Below, piece after piece: positions 37,821 to 53,781 of a stretch of 53,781 bases of DNA. Both the position numbers and the translations under genes were made by a program. Positions within the stretch are counted from its first letter, which is position 1. The number at the start of each line of letters is the position of its first letter. Source of the stretch: a virus (taxonomy: Duplodnaviria; Caudoviricetes); the IMG/VR virus record IMGVR_UViG_3300025137_000003, positions 1 through 53,781 of that record. The stretch is one strand, 5' to 3'. Below the pieces are notes generated by a model. That model was not told the origin of the DNA, made no database searches, and saw nothing but the letters and a program-made list of their open reading frames with translations.

Positions 37821-39716
37821 ATGTCTGATATACCAGACGGATATATTAAAAAGAAAAGCTCTACTATACCTTTTGGGTATAGAGTTAGTTCTATTAAAGG
37901 TTATCTAGAACCTATACCTGAACAAATCCAAGCTTTAAATAAATACTTAAAAGGTATTAACGATAAAGCTTATTCCCTTAGAGAAGCCGCAGAACTTTTA
38001 ACTAGTGAGACAGGTAGAAGAATAAGTCATGTCGGCTTAAAAAAACAATTAAACAAAAAAGAATGGGAGATATTCCCTGAGAATTATGAAACTAATAAGG
38101 ATGGTTCTTTTGTTCTTACTACTACAGGTAAGCCCAAGAAAAAAAATGGAAGACCTGTTGGTGCTACTTCTAAGTACACATATTCCGCAGAACATAAGAG
38201 AAAGCTAGCCCTAGCTAAACAAAAGAAAAAGTTACAACTGGAGAAAAAGAAACTTGCGAACAAAGAACAGAAGCTACGAACAGAAGAAGTTATTATTAAA
38301 AAGTCAACGGAGTCGCAGAGTTCAAATGTTTTTACAGAAGAAGAACTTAAACAAACAACTCCAACAGTCAGAGAAAGTTTAAAAGATAAAAAAATAATCT
38401 TTCATCCAAATGAAGGACCACAGACAGACTTCTTGGCCGCAGGCGAAAAAGATGTTTTATATGGTGGAGCTGCAGGTGGTGGTAAGTCTTACGCTATGAT
38501 AGTAGACCCTTTAAGGTATGCACATAAAAAAGCACACAGAGCTTTAATACTTAGAAGGTCAATGCCTGAACTTAGAGAAATGATTGATAAGACTCGTGAA
38601 TTGTATCCACAGGCTTTTCCTGGTGCAAAGTTTAAAGAAGTAGAAAAGTTGTGGAATTTTCCTAGTGGTGCTAAAGTAGAGTTTGGTTTCCTTGAACGAG
38701 ATGCTGATGTTTACCGATATCAAGGCCAAGCTTATTCTTGGATTGGCTTTGACGAAATCACACATCTACCTACTGAATTTAGTTGGAATTACCTTGCGTC
38801 TCGTTTAAGAACCACAGACCCAGAAATAGAAACATACCTACGCTGTACTGCTAACCCTGGTGGTGTTGGTTCACATTGGGTAAAGAAAAGATATATAGAA
38901 CCTAACGAACCTAATGAATCTTTTTTAGGAGGAGATGGCCTAAGTAGAAAATTTATTCCTGCTACATTACAAGACAACCCTTATCTATCTGAAGATGGTG
39001 TCTATGAGCAGATGCTTAAATCACTACCTCCAATACAAAGAAGACAACTATTAGAAGGTAATTGGGATGTAGCTGAAGGAGCTGCTTTCGTAGAGTTTAG
39101 TCCTGAACAACATATTATTACTCCTTTTGAGTTGCCTGTTCATTGGGAAAGAGTAAAAGGTATTGACTACGGCTATGCTTCAGAGTCATGTTGCCTGTGG
39201 GGTATAGTAGATATAAATGACGGAACACTTATAATATATAGGGAATTGTACCAAAAGGGCTTGACAGGTGAAGAATTAGGCTCTATAATAACAGATAGAG
39301 AAGTAGAAGACCCTTTCTCTGTTGCTGGTGTCCTTGACACAGCTGCTTGGGCCAACACAGGTACTACTGGTCCTACTGTTGGTGAAGCACTTGTAAAAGC
39401 AGGACATAAGCTTAGACGAGCAGATAAGAATAGAATACAGGGCAAAATACAAATACATGAGTATCTAAAAGTTAGAGAAAATGGTAGGCCTAAGTTACAG
39501 ATATTTAATACATGTCCGAACTTAATTAGAGAATTACAGTCTATACCGCTATCAAAAACTAATCCTGAAGATGTTGATACCCACGCTTCAGACCATGCTT
39601 ATGATGCACTAAGGTATATGATAATGAGCCGACCAAGAATGGAAAGCCCATTTGATAGAATAAGGGGATTAAAGAGGGATATATACCAACCTGTTGATTC
39701 CACTTTTGGTTATTAA
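37821..39716 (+). CDS. terL: Terminase large subunit with ~190-aa N-terminal extension
   Basis: YGGAAGGGKS, IGFDE, TANPGG, GIDYG, DHAYDALRY. Confidence 0.93.
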   Translation: MSDIPDGYIKKKSSTIPFGYRVSSIKGYLEPIPEQIQALNKYLKGINDKAYSLREAAELLTSETGRRISHVGLKKQLNKKEWEIFPENYETNKDGSFVLTTTGKPKKKNGRPVGATSKYTYSAEHKRKLALAKQKKKLQLEKKKLANKEQKLRTEEVIIKKSTESQSSNVFTEEELKQTTPTVRESLKDKKIIFHPNEGPQTDFLAAGEKDVLYGGAAGGGKSYAMIVDPLRYAHKKAHRALILRRSMPELREMIDKTRELYPQAFPGAKFKEVEKLWNFPSGAKVEFGFLERDADVYRYQGQAYSWIGFDEITHLPTEFSWNYLASRLRTTDPEIETYLRCTANPGGVGSHWVKKRYIEPNEPNESFLGGDGLSRKFIPATLQDNPYLSEDGVYEQMLKSLPPIQRRQLLEGNWDVAEGAAFVEFSPEQHIITPFELPVHWERVKGIDYGYASESCCLWGIVDINDGTLIIYRELYQKGLTGEELGSIITDREVEDPFSVAGVLDTAAWANTGTTGPTVGEALVKAGHKLRRADKNRIQGKIQIHEYLKVRENGRPKLQIFNTCPNLIRELQSIPLSKTNPEDVDTHASDHAYDALRYMIMSRPRMESPFDRIRGLKRDIYQPVDSTFGY

Positions 39717-39719
39717 AAT

Positions 39720-41891
39720 ATGGCAGACTCGGATAACACATTTTTAAATGCGGATGAACTCTATACTGAAGTAGAGGGCGAGACTGGTAAAGAATTAAAT
39801 CTAGAAGAAAACCAAAAACAAAATCTTGTAGGTATAGTAAAATCACGATTTCAACAAGCAGAAGACTCACGACAAGTTGATGAGACTCGTTGGATTAAAT
39901 CGTTTGAAAACTACAGAGGACTATACAAGAAGTCCGTCAAATTTAGAGAATCTGAAAAATCTCGTGTCTTTGTAAAAGTAACTAAGACTAAAGTCCTTGC
40001 TGCCTTTGGACAATTAGTAGATGTTATTTTTGGGACAGGAAGATTTCCGATAGGTATAACGGAAACAAAGATTCCTGAAGGAGAGCTAGCTCAGGCTCAT
40101 CTTGATACCAATAACCCACAGCCTAATATAGAAACTTCTATACCTGATGATATTGGTAACAGAAAAGATACGCCAATAAATCCTTATGATGTTGGTTACG
40201 AAGGTGATGGAAGAACATTACAGCCTGGTGCTACTTATTATAAAGGAGAGGTATCTAAGCCTTTAGAAGACCAGATATCTTTGAAAGAAGGTGCTAGTCC
40301 TATTCCTCAAATTCCTGAAGTCAATCCTGCACAAGAAGCTGCAAGACGGATGGAAAAATTAATACACGACCAAATAGAAGAGTCTAGTGGTTCTTCAGAA
40401 ATAAGAAATGCTTTACTAGAAGCTGCTCTGCTTGGAACAGGTATTGTTAAGGGGCCGTTTAATTTTAATAAGACATTAAATAAATGGACTAAGAATCCTG
40501 AAGGCGGTAGAGAATACAAGCCTGTAGATGTTCGTGTACCTAGAATTGAGTTTGTTAGTTGTTGGGATTTTTACCCAGACCCTGCGGCCACTAACATGGA
40601 AGAATGTGAATACATAATTCATAGACATAGAATGAATCGCAGTCAACTTAGGGCATTAAGACAGATGCCTTATTTTAATGAAGATGCTATTAGAAAGTGT
40701 GTTCAACAAGGACCTAACTATGTAGATAGAGGTTATGAGTCTGCATTAAGAGATGATGACAGGTCTGATGATGAAATAAATACTAACTTTGAAGTTATAG
40801 AATACTGGGGCATTATGGATGCTGAGTATGCTAAAGAGGTTGGTATAGAATTAGATGAAAGTATAGATGATTTAGATGAAGTACAAATTAATGCTTGGGT
40901 ATGTGGTAACGAATTACTAAGAGCAGTTGTAAATCCATTTAAACCTTTCCGACTACCATATAATGCTTTTCCATACGAAAGAAATCCATATAACTTCTTT
41001 GGTATTGGCGTAGCAGAAAACATGGATGATAGTCAACAAATTATGAATGGCCATGCAAGAATGGCTATAGATAACTTAGCATTGAGTGGTTCACTTGTAT
41101 TTGATGTAGATGAGTCTGCATTAGTAGGTGGTCAATCAATGGACATATATCCTGGTAAAGTATTTAGAAGACAGGCTGGTATGCCTGGTCAAGCCATACA
41201 TGGTTTAAAATTTCCTAATACTGCAACAGAGAATATGATGATGTTTGATAAGTTCAGACAGCTTGCAGACGAGCAAACAGGAATACCTAGTTACTCACAC
41301 GGACAAACAGGAGTTCAAAGTATGACAAGGACTGCTTCAGGCATGTCAATGTTATTAGGAGCTTCTAGTTTAAATGTTAAAACTGTTATCAAAAATCTTG
41401 ATGACTTTTTACTAAAGCCTTTAGGGGAATGTTATTACCAATGGAACATGCAGTTCTTTGAAGGTGAATTAGACATTGAAGGAGATTTAGAAGTTAGAGC
41501 TACTGGAACCAATAGTTTAATGCAGAAAGAAGTTAGAAGTCAAAGACTTACTATGTTCTTACAAACTGCACAAAATCCAACTATTGCTCCATTTGTTAAG
41601 ATTTCTAAATTAGTAAGTGAACTAGCCTACAGCTTAGACTTGGACCCTGATGAAATACTCAATGACCCAGAAGAAGCTGCTATCATGGCTCAAATAATAG
41701 GAATGCAAAATGCTGGACAAAATAATGGCGAAGAAGCTTCTGCCCCTAACCAACAGCCCCCAATGGGAGGACTTCAAGGAACACCTCAACAACCTGAAGG
41801 AGTTGGAAGTACAGGCACTGGTAACGGCACAATCGGAACAGGCTCTGTACCGAATCCAGGGGAAGCTGAGTTTTCTGGGACAGTTGAATAG
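39720..41891 (+). CDS. Portal protein
   Basis: 723 aa after terL; DFYPDP, FFGIGVAE, TASGMSML. Confidence 0.88.
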   Translation: MADSDNTFLNADELYTEVEGETGKELNLEENQKQNLVGIVKSRFQQAEDSRQVDETRWIKSFENYRGLYKKSVKFRESEKSRVFVKVTKTKVLAAFGQLVDVIFGTGRFPIGITETKIPEGELAQAHLDTNNPQPNIETSIPDDIGNRKDTPINPYDVGYEGDGRTLQPGATYYKGEVSKPLEDQISLKEGASPIPQIPEVNPAQEAARRMEKLIHDQIEESSGSSEIRNALLEAALLGTGIVKGPFNFNKTLNKWTKNPEGGREYKPVDVRVPRIEFVSCWDFYPDPAATNMEECEYIIHRHRMNRSQLRALRQMPYFNEDAIRKCVQQGPNYVDRGYESALRDDDRSDDEINTNFEVIEYWGIMDAEYAKEVGIELDESIDDLDEVQINAWVCGNELLRAVVNPFKPFRLPYNAFPYERNPYNFFGIGVAENMDDSQQIMNGHARMAIDNLALSGSLVFDVDESALVGGQSMDIYPGKVFRRQAGMPGQAIHGLKFPNTATENMMMFDKFRQLADEQTGIPSYSHGQTGVQSMTRTASGMSMLLGASSLNVKTVIKNLDDFLLKPLGECYYQWNMQFFEGELDIEGDLEVRATGTNSLMQKEVRSQRLTMFLQTAQNPTIAPFVKISKLVSELAYSLDLDPDEILNDPEEAAIMAQIIGMQNAGQNNGEEASAPNQQPPMGGLQGTPQQPEGVGSTGTGNGTIGTGSVPNPGEAEFSGTVE

Positions 41892-41931
41892 TCTCGAAGC
41901 TCAGATACAAGAAGCAATTAACAGAAAATAG
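41710..41931 (+). CDS. Small helical protein overlapping the portal 3' end
   Basis: 73 aa; WEDFKEHL...LYRIQGKL resembles post-portal small proteins; agga upstream. Confidence 0.6.
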   Translation: MLDKIMAKKLLPLTNSPQWEDFKEHLNNLKELEVQALVTAQSEQALYRIQGKLSFLGQLNSLEAQIQEAINRK

Positions 41932-41942
41932 GAGAACTAATT

Positions 41943-42119
41943 ATGTTAGATTTATTGGATACAATTTTAAAAATAGTAGGAGTAGTACCTTGGATAGTTT
42001 CAATCTGTTCAATGATAGCTGCACTAACCCCTACACCACATGACGATAATTTAATAAGCAAAGCTTATAAAGTTATTGATTGGTTTGCTTTAAATATCGG
42101 AAAAGCAAAGGAGAAATAA
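41943..42119 (+). CDS. Small membrane protein (58 aa)
   Basis: SD aggag; IAALTPTPHDD...IDWFALNIGKAK. Confidence 0.7.
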   Translation: MLDLLDTILKIVGVVPWIVSICSMIAALTPTPHDDNLISKAYKVIDWFALNIGKAKEK

Positions 42120-42120
42120 T

Positions 42121-42798
42121 ATGGCATACGGAACAGGAACATACGGAAGTACAGTAGGGAGACCTAAAAAAGCATACGCTGAAGGAGGCCTACTTGCTGA
42201 CGATATGCCTATGCCTATGGAAGAAACTCATACAATGCCTGATGGTACAGAAATGCCAGGGGCTACTCACGGAGAGTATGAACAAGAAATGTCTGAAACC
42301 TCAATGGAGCCAATGACTCCTGATAATGAGATGGAAGATAATTATTTAGATTTTATAATTGACGAAGCATTAAGTGAAGAAGAAGAAGATATGCTTATGT
42401 CAAAACTAGAACAAGATGAGCAACTATCTGTAATATTTGATAAAGTATTAGAAGTTGCTTCAGAATTTGCTGGGTCTGGTCCTGTTGATGGACCGGGTTC
42501 AGGAGTCTCTGATTCGATACCTGCAAGGTTATCGGATGGAGAGTTTGTCTTTACATCCAAAGCAGTAGACCAAATAGGCATAGACACTCTACAACAGATG
42601 ATGTCAGATGCTGAAATGGAAGCTGATGGAGAGATGCCAAGACAAGCAAGAAGAATGGGTGGGTATATGATGGATGAAGTCCGAGAGGACAACATGATAG
42701 ACCCTGAAAAAACTTACGACCTAGATAAGGCTGAAGTTGATGACACTAATAAGCGTATCAATGACACCATGATGCTAGGCGGAGTACCTATTCGGTAA
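42121..42798 (+). CDS. Acidic Met-rich putative virion protein
   Basis: GPVDGPGSGVSDSIPARLSDGEFV motif typical of phage structural proteins. Confidence 0.7.
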   Translation: MAYGTGTYGSTVGRPKKAYAEGGLLADDMPMPMEETHTMPDGTEMPGATHGEYEQEMSETSMEPMTPDNEMEDNYLDFIIDEALSEEEEDMLMSKLEQDEQLSVIFDKVLEVASEFAGSGPVDGPGSGVSDSIPARLSDGEFVFTSKAVDQIGIDTLQQMMSDAEMEADGEMPRQARRMGGYMMDEVREDNMIDPEKTYDLDKAEVDDTNKRINDTMMLGGVPIR

Positions 42799-42801
42799 TA
42801 C

Positions 42802-42910
42802 GATAAGGCTACCTTTTAATAAGCCCCTTATCATTTTAAATAACCAAACGGCTACCTTTACAATACAAGCCCTCTAGTCGACATAGAGCTACCTTGTGAA
42901 CAAAGCCCCT
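42802..42910 (+). promoter_or_regulatory. Triple RGCTACCTT...AAGCCC repeat in the scaffold leader
   Basis: Copies at 42807, 42850 and 42888, immediately before the scaffold SD. Confidence 0.6.
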
Positions 42911-42925
42911 AGTAGGAGAAGAACT

Positions 42926-43801
42926 ATGACTGAACAAGTCCAAGAGGAACAAGCAAATCCTTATAACCAAAAAAAAGCTTGGCACGATACAGAAGATAAA
43001 CCTTTTGTCTCGTCTGAAAGTATGTTTTTTGAAGAACCTTCTGAGAAAAATAAACTATTTAAAAGTAATGACATAACTGAAGTGAAAGCTGAAGGAAGTG
43101 TTAATACTGAAGAACTGGAAATTTCAAGGGATACTCCCTATAAAAAACCAGATTATAAGAAACGCTATGATGACTTAAAAAAGCATTATGATTCAAAGTT
43201 AAATGAATTTAAGCAAAGAGAAGTAGAATTACAAAATCAGGCTAGACCTGAATATGTGGCTCCTAAAACTCCAGAAGAGCTTGAAAGATTTAAAAAAGAA
43301 TATCCTGATTTTTATGAAGTTGTTGAAACAGTTTCCCATTTACAAAGTGATTCTAAAGTAAAAGTTCTAGAAGAACGCCTTAGCCAGTTGCAGAGTGAAG
43401 AAGCGAAACAGCGTAAATCAGACGCAGAGAAAAGACTAACGGAAAGACACCCTGATTTTGGTGATATCAGAAGAAGTGAAGATTTCCATGAATGGGCAAA
43501 AGAACAGCATACATCTATTCAAGCTTGGATTTATGATAATGCTGATGATGCTGATTTAGCTTCTCGTGCTTTAGACTTATTTAAAAAGGATATGGGAATT
43601 GACTTACCTAAAGTAGACAGGTCAAGTTCTAAGTCTAAGACTAATGCTGCGGATATGGTCTCTACGAAAACAACTGTAGTAGATACTAAAGAGCCGAAGG
43701 TCTGGACAAAACGGGAGATAGACGCTATGAGCATGGATGAGTTTGATAAATACGAAAAGGAAATATCAGACGCTATGCAAAATGGGCTTATATCTAATTA
43801 A
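42926..43801 (+). CDS. Capsid scaffolding protein
   Basis: SD aggag before MTEQVQ; YKKRYDDL coiled coil; MSMDEFDK C-terminus; precedes the capsid gene. Confidence 0.8.
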   Translation: MTEQVQEEQANPYNQKKAWHDTEDKPFVSSESMFFEEPSEKNKLFKSNDITEVKAEGSVNTEELEISRDTPYKKPDYKKRYDDLKKHYDSKLNEFKQREVELQNQARPEYVAPKTPEELERFKKEYPDFYEVVETVSHLQSDSKVKVLEERLSQLQSEEAKQRKSDAEKRLTERHPDFGDIRRSEDFHEWAKEQHTSIQAWIYDNADDADLASRALDLFKKDMGIDLPKVDRSSSKSKTNAADMVSTKTTVVDTKEPKVWTKREIDAMSMDEFDKYEKEISDAMQNGLISN

Positions 43802-43826
43802 AACTATTTAACTAAGGAGAAGTATC

Positions 43827-44801
43827 ATGGCTCAATTTTTTGAACCCTCAACAGATACAAATGCTAACTTTGCAAACTCCGTAGCTGGTCAAACTAATAG
43901 CTTTTTCTTACCATCCGTTTACTCTAAAAAGGTTTTAAACTTCTTTAGGAAAGCGAGTGTTATTGAAGCTATTACAAATACCGACTACGCAGGTGAAATA
44001 TCCTCATTCGGAGACTCTGTAAAGATTATCAAAGAACCTGTCATTTCAGTATCAGACTACACTCGTGGCTCTGACACTTCTGACACTAAACTAACTGACC
44101 AAGAAATTAACTTGGTTGTCGATAGTGCGAAAGCTTTCAAATTTATAGTTGACGACATTGAATCTAATATGTCTCATGTCAACTTTAAAGAAATTGCTTC
44201 AAGCTCAGCTGCATACGCTTTAAAAGATTCGTATGACGCTGCTGTTTTAGCAAGCATGTTTGCTGGTTGCTCTGCCTCATCCCCTGACCATATTATAGGT
44301 TCTGACTCAGCTACTGCTGATGCAACCTTGGCTCACGCTACTAATTCTGTAGACCTTTTAGGTTCTGACGGAACTGGCGTAGACGCTTTGGACCTAATGG
44401 CTAGGATGGCAAGACTATTGGATACACAAAATGTGCCTGAAGAAGGCCGTTGGTTTGTGGCTCCACCTTCATTTTATGAAGAGTTAGGAAAGTCTGGTTC
44501 TAAGTTAATGTCTGTTGACTTTAACGCAGGTCAAGGCTCAATCAGAAATGGTTTAGTTTCAAGTGGTAAGTTAAGAGGATTTGATATGTACAAATCTAAT
44601 AACATTGCTGCTACATCTAATGCTACTGGCAAAGTAATGGCTGGACACATGAGTTCAACTGCTACTGCTAATACTATTCTTTCAACTGAAGTGTTGAGAG
44701 ACCCATCATCATTTGGTGATATAGTAAGAGGTCTTCATGTCTATGGCTCGAAAGTGCTAAGAGAAGAAGCTTTATGTAGTGCATTCTATGTAATTGACTA
44801 A
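43827..44801 (+). CDS. Major capsid protein
   Basis: FLPSVYSKK, GDSVKI, VPEEGRWFV, GFDMYKSNN, FGDIVRGLHVYG; strong SD and downstream terminator. Confidence 0.9.
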   Translation: MAQFFEPSTDTNANFANSVAGQTNSFFLPSVYSKKVLNFFRKASVIEAITNTDYAGEISSFGDSVKIIKEPVISVSDYTRGSDTSDTKLTDQEINLVVDSAKAFKFIVDDIESNMSHVNFKEIASSSAAYALKDSYDAAVLASMFAGCSASSPDHIIGSDSATADATLAHATNSVDLLGSDGTGVDALDLMARMARLLDTQNVPEEGRWFVAPPSFYEELGKSGSKLMSVDFNAGQGSIRNGLVSSGKLRGFDMYKSNNIAATSNATGKVMAGHMSSTATANTILSTEVLRDPSSFGDIVRGLHVYGSKVLREEALCSAFYVID

Positions 44802-44811
44802 TGTCAAACTC

Positions 44812-44841
44812 GGAGGGGTCTTAACGGACTCCTCCATCTTT
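44812..44841 (+). terminator. Intrinsic terminator after the capsid gene
   Basis: ggaggggtc-ttaacg-gactcctcc then atctttt. Confidence 0.75.
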
Positions 44842-44852
44842 TAGGAATTATA

Positions 44853-45620
44853 ATGGCTACAACATATTTAGATTTAACAAACGAAGCTTTAAGAGAACTT
44901 AATGAAGTTCCTTTGTCTACAAGTAATTTTCCAAATGCAGTAGGATTACAACAGTTTGTAAAAGATAGTGTAAACAAATCAATCTTTGATATAGCCAACG
45001 AAGAACCACAACTTCCTTTTTTCTCAGCAGGACTTAGTGGAGCTACAGACCCTTTTTATGGGAATACAACTGTAGCAACAACAGCAGGTACTAGATGGTA
45101 TTTATTAAAAGCAGGTAGTTCTAATATAACTACTGACTTTGCTTCAATAGACTGGGATGATTTTTATATAACAACAATTAATGTAAGTGGTGAAACCGCA
45201 CCTTTTGTTTCAAAAAGTTTAAAATTTACAACACTAGATGAGTGGACAAGATATTATAGAGATAGTGAAAACGAAGATGACGCTACAGACCAAGTTTATG
45301 GTGAACCAGTAAGAGTAATTAGAAGTCCTGACAATAGAAAATTTGGGCTTAGCCCCATACCCGACAAGGCTTACAATGTGCATTTCTATGCTTTTAACCC
45401 ACCAACTAAACTATCAGCACACGGAGATACAATAACTTTTCCTGAACAGTATAGTAATGTTATAACTGCAAGAGTTCGTTATTATGTGTGGCAGTTTAAA
45501 GAAAGTCCTCAACAGGCCGCTTTTGCTTTAGAAGATTTTAAAAAACACATGCGAACTATGAAATCTAATTTATTAAACCCACAGCCAAAAACAATGGTAG
45601 ACGATAGGACTTATTTCTAA
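44853..45620 (+). CDS. Tail tubular A / head-tail adaptor
   Basis: TYLDLTNEALRELNE, LSPIPDKAY; position after the capsid gene. Confidence 0.75.
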   Translation: MATTYLDLTNEALRELNEVPLSTSNFPNAVGLQQFVKDSVNKSIFDIANEEPQLPFFSAGLSGATDPFYGNTTVATTAGTRWYLLKAGSSNITTDFASIDWDDFYITTINVSGETAPFVSKSLKFTTLDEWTRYYRDSENEDDATDQVYGEPVRVIRSPDNRKFGLSPIPDKAYNVHFYAFNPPTKLSAHGDTITFPEQYSNVITARVRYYVWQFKESPQQAAFALEDFKKHMRTMKSNLLNPQPKTMVDDRTYF

Positions 45621-47242
45621 TGCCAGCTTCCCAACCTTTTACAGTTGCTTGTGATGGTGGATTAATTAAGTCTACAAACTCTTTAGCTTTATTAAGAACT
45701 CCAGGATTTGCTACTAAATTAAAAAACTTTGAAGTAGGTACTGAAGGTGGATATAGAAGAGTAAGTGGATTTACTAGGTTTGGTGAAGATAATGCTACTA
45801 ATCCAAACTCAACTAATCCTATTTTAGGTTTAGCTGTTTATGCAGACGGAGTAATAGCTTGTTCAGGAGATGGAATATTTTTTAGCCAAGATGGAATTTC
45901 TTGGATGCAGTTAAATAAAGCTAGTGTTGCAAATAGTGGAGATAATTATTCTACTTTTAATGCTAGAAGTAATAACGCAAGAACAGGACAAGGCCAATGT
46001 CATTTTGATATCTATGAAGGAACAAGTGATTATGGTGAAATTTTAATAGTAGACGGAGCTAACAAACCTTTTTATTTTAAAATGACAGGTACAGGAGCTT
46101 TAAATACTCGTACTTTTTATGCAGAAGAAATTACAGTATCAGGAACTATAAGCCCTACAGTAGGAACTATTCACGATAAACATTATGTAGTTGCAGGAGA
46201 TAACAACAATAAAAATGTTATTTATTATAGTGGTGTTAATGATATTACAAACTTTAGTGCAGGTACCGCAGGTAATATAGCTTTAGAAGATGCTGTAATA
46301 GGATTAAAAAGTTTCCGTAATGAACTATTTATATTTTGTAAAAACAGTATTCATAAACTTGTTAGTATTAATGATGCAAGTAATATTGCTATTGTACCTG
46401 TTACAGATAATGTTGGTTGTTTAGACGGACACAGTATTCAAGAAATAGCAGGTGATTTAATATTCTTAGCACCTGACGGCTTTAGAACAGTTGCAGGTAC
46501 ATCAAGAATTGGTGATATTGAATTAAGTAGTATTAGTAAACAAATACAACCTTTAGTTCAAAAAATAGCAAACAAAGTAAATACATTTACAATTAGTAGT
46601 GTTGTTATAGGCGACAGGTCTCAATATAGATTATTTTATTCAGACTCTAGTGCAGATACAACAGCTACTTCTAGAGGAATTATAGGAACATTAAGACCAG
46701 GTTCAACTGCTAATCCAACAGCAGGGTTCCAATGGTCTGAGACTTTAGGCATACAAGCTCCTGCTATTACAGCAGGTTTTAATAGCCTAGGACTAGAACA
46801 ATATTTTCATGGAGACTTTGAAGGAAGAGTTTTTTTACATGATAATGGAAATAGTTTTAATGGAGCAAATGTGGTAGCAGAATACCAAACTCCTGATATA
46901 GACTATGGTGATTTAGGAACATTAAAGACTTTACATTTTATAAAAATGTCTTTTGGACCTGAAGGGAGAGTACAGCCTACATTAAGAGTTAGGTTTAATT
47001 ATGATGACCCTAATCACCCACAACCAGACGATTATCTTTTAGCAAGCATACCGCCTCCATCATTGCTAGGAGATGCTTTATTTGGTGAAGGAGTTTTTGG
47101 AGCTTCTGAAAAACCTTTAGTAAGACAACAGATACAAGGAAGCGGACACAGTAATTTTTTTAAATTAAGAAGTGATGATATAAGAACTCCATACACAATC
47201 AACGGATTTTTTATAGATTACATACCATCAGGTAGGAGATAA
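45620..47242 (+). CDS. Tail tubular B / nozzle-like protein
   Basis: 540 aa, beta-rich; position between adaptor and fibre. Confidence 0.7.
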   Translation: MPASQPFTVACDGGLIKSTNSLALLRTPGFATKLKNFEVGTEGGYRRVSGFTRFGEDNATNPNSTNPILGLAVYADGVIACSGDGIFFSQDGISWMQLNKASVANSGDNYSTFNARSNNARTGQGQCHFDIYEGTSDYGEILIVDGANKPFYFKMTGTGALNTRTFYAEEITVSGTISPTVGTIHDKHYVVAGDNNNKNVIYYSGVNDITNFSAGTAGNIALEDAVIGLKSFRNELFIFCKNSIHKLVSINDASNIAIVPVTDNVGCLDGHSIQEIAGDLIFLAPDGFRTVAGTSRIGDIELSSISKQIQPLVQKIANKVNTFTISSVVIGDRSQYRLFYSDSSADTTATSRGIIGTLRPGSTANPTAGFQWSETLGIQAPAITAGFNSLGLEQYFHGDFEGRVFLHDNGNSFNGANVVAEYQTPDIDYGDLGTLKTLHFIKMSFGPEGRVQPTLRVRFNYDDPNHPQPDDYLLASIPPPSLLGDALFGEGVFGASEKPLVRQQIQGSGHSNFFKLRSDDIRTPYTINGFFIDYIPSGRR

Positions 47243-47244
47243 AG

Positions 47245-53402
<6,158 letters not shown>

Positions 53403-53403
<1 letters not shown>

Positions 53404-53781
53404 TGGCTTATACTTGTAAAGATTTAACCATGGAAGAGGTTATAGATTTAGAAAGAAATGGAGTGTTAAAGGACCTTTATCTTAAAAGTGAAAAATACTT
53501 AGACGGAGATAAGAACTTTAATTATGCTAACTGTGAGCTAACTACAGACCAGTTTAATAATCTAACACAAGAACAAAAACTATTTTTTTGGAATAATTTT
53601 CCAAAAGCAATAGGTAGGATTTTTGAACTAGTGCCGTTTGAAGAACCATCTCCTGTTTTATTTAAATCTTTAGCTTTACAAGATTCAGATGGATATATAT
53701 TACATCTTTATAATGGATATATAGATAATAATACTTGGGTAGAGGAAAGAGGTTTAATAAGACCTGATGCTAGCGGTTCAA
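53403..53781 (+). CDS. 5' part of the 206-aa junction-spanning hypothetical protein
   Basis: TAATG overlap with the fibre stop, SD gagg; MAYTCKDLTMEEV...; continues to TGA at 341. Confidence 0.85.
53683..53781. repeat. Direct repeat identical to 1-99
   Basis: Exact 99-bp match by eye. Confidence 0.97.

Noticed and set aside
53683-53781. 99-bp terminal repeat as a biological DTR
   Set aside because: It lies mid-ORF and 99 is a typical assembler k-mer length; it indicates circular assembly, not the physical end.

Overview
The window is an apparently complete, circularly assembled, AT-rich podovirus-type phage genome of about 53.68 kb. Bases 1-99 equal 53683-53781, and one ORF reads cleanly across that join. 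The + strand late block encodes putative TerS, TerL, portal, scaffold, major capsid, two tail tubular proteins, a 2052-aa tail fibre with a ~670-aa collagen domain, and internal virion proteins. The - strand block encodes a C5 methyltransferase, SSB, T7-like primase-helicase, PolA, exo/endonucleases and class I NrdAB. I recognised no RNA polymerase, integrase, tRNA or CRISPR array. Two accessory systems stand out. (1) A 615-aa gene three ORFs downstream of the collagen fibre fuses a COLGALT-like GT25 domain, an LH3/PLOD-like glycosyltransferase domain and a lysyl-hydroxylase-like 2OG-Fe(II) domain, while the fibre carries 19 G-x-K-G-Q-K-G motifs; this suggests animal-style collagen lysine hydroxylation and glycosylation of a phage fibre. 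(2) A csgF-csgG-curlin-like-FecR-CHASE2 adenylate cyclase cassette looks like a phage-encoded trans-envelope signalling pathway. Also noted: GCGGCC over-representation, apparent GATC absence, several structured intergenic RNAs and a G-quadruplex motif near the likely genome end. All family assignments come from motif recognition by eye, not database searches.
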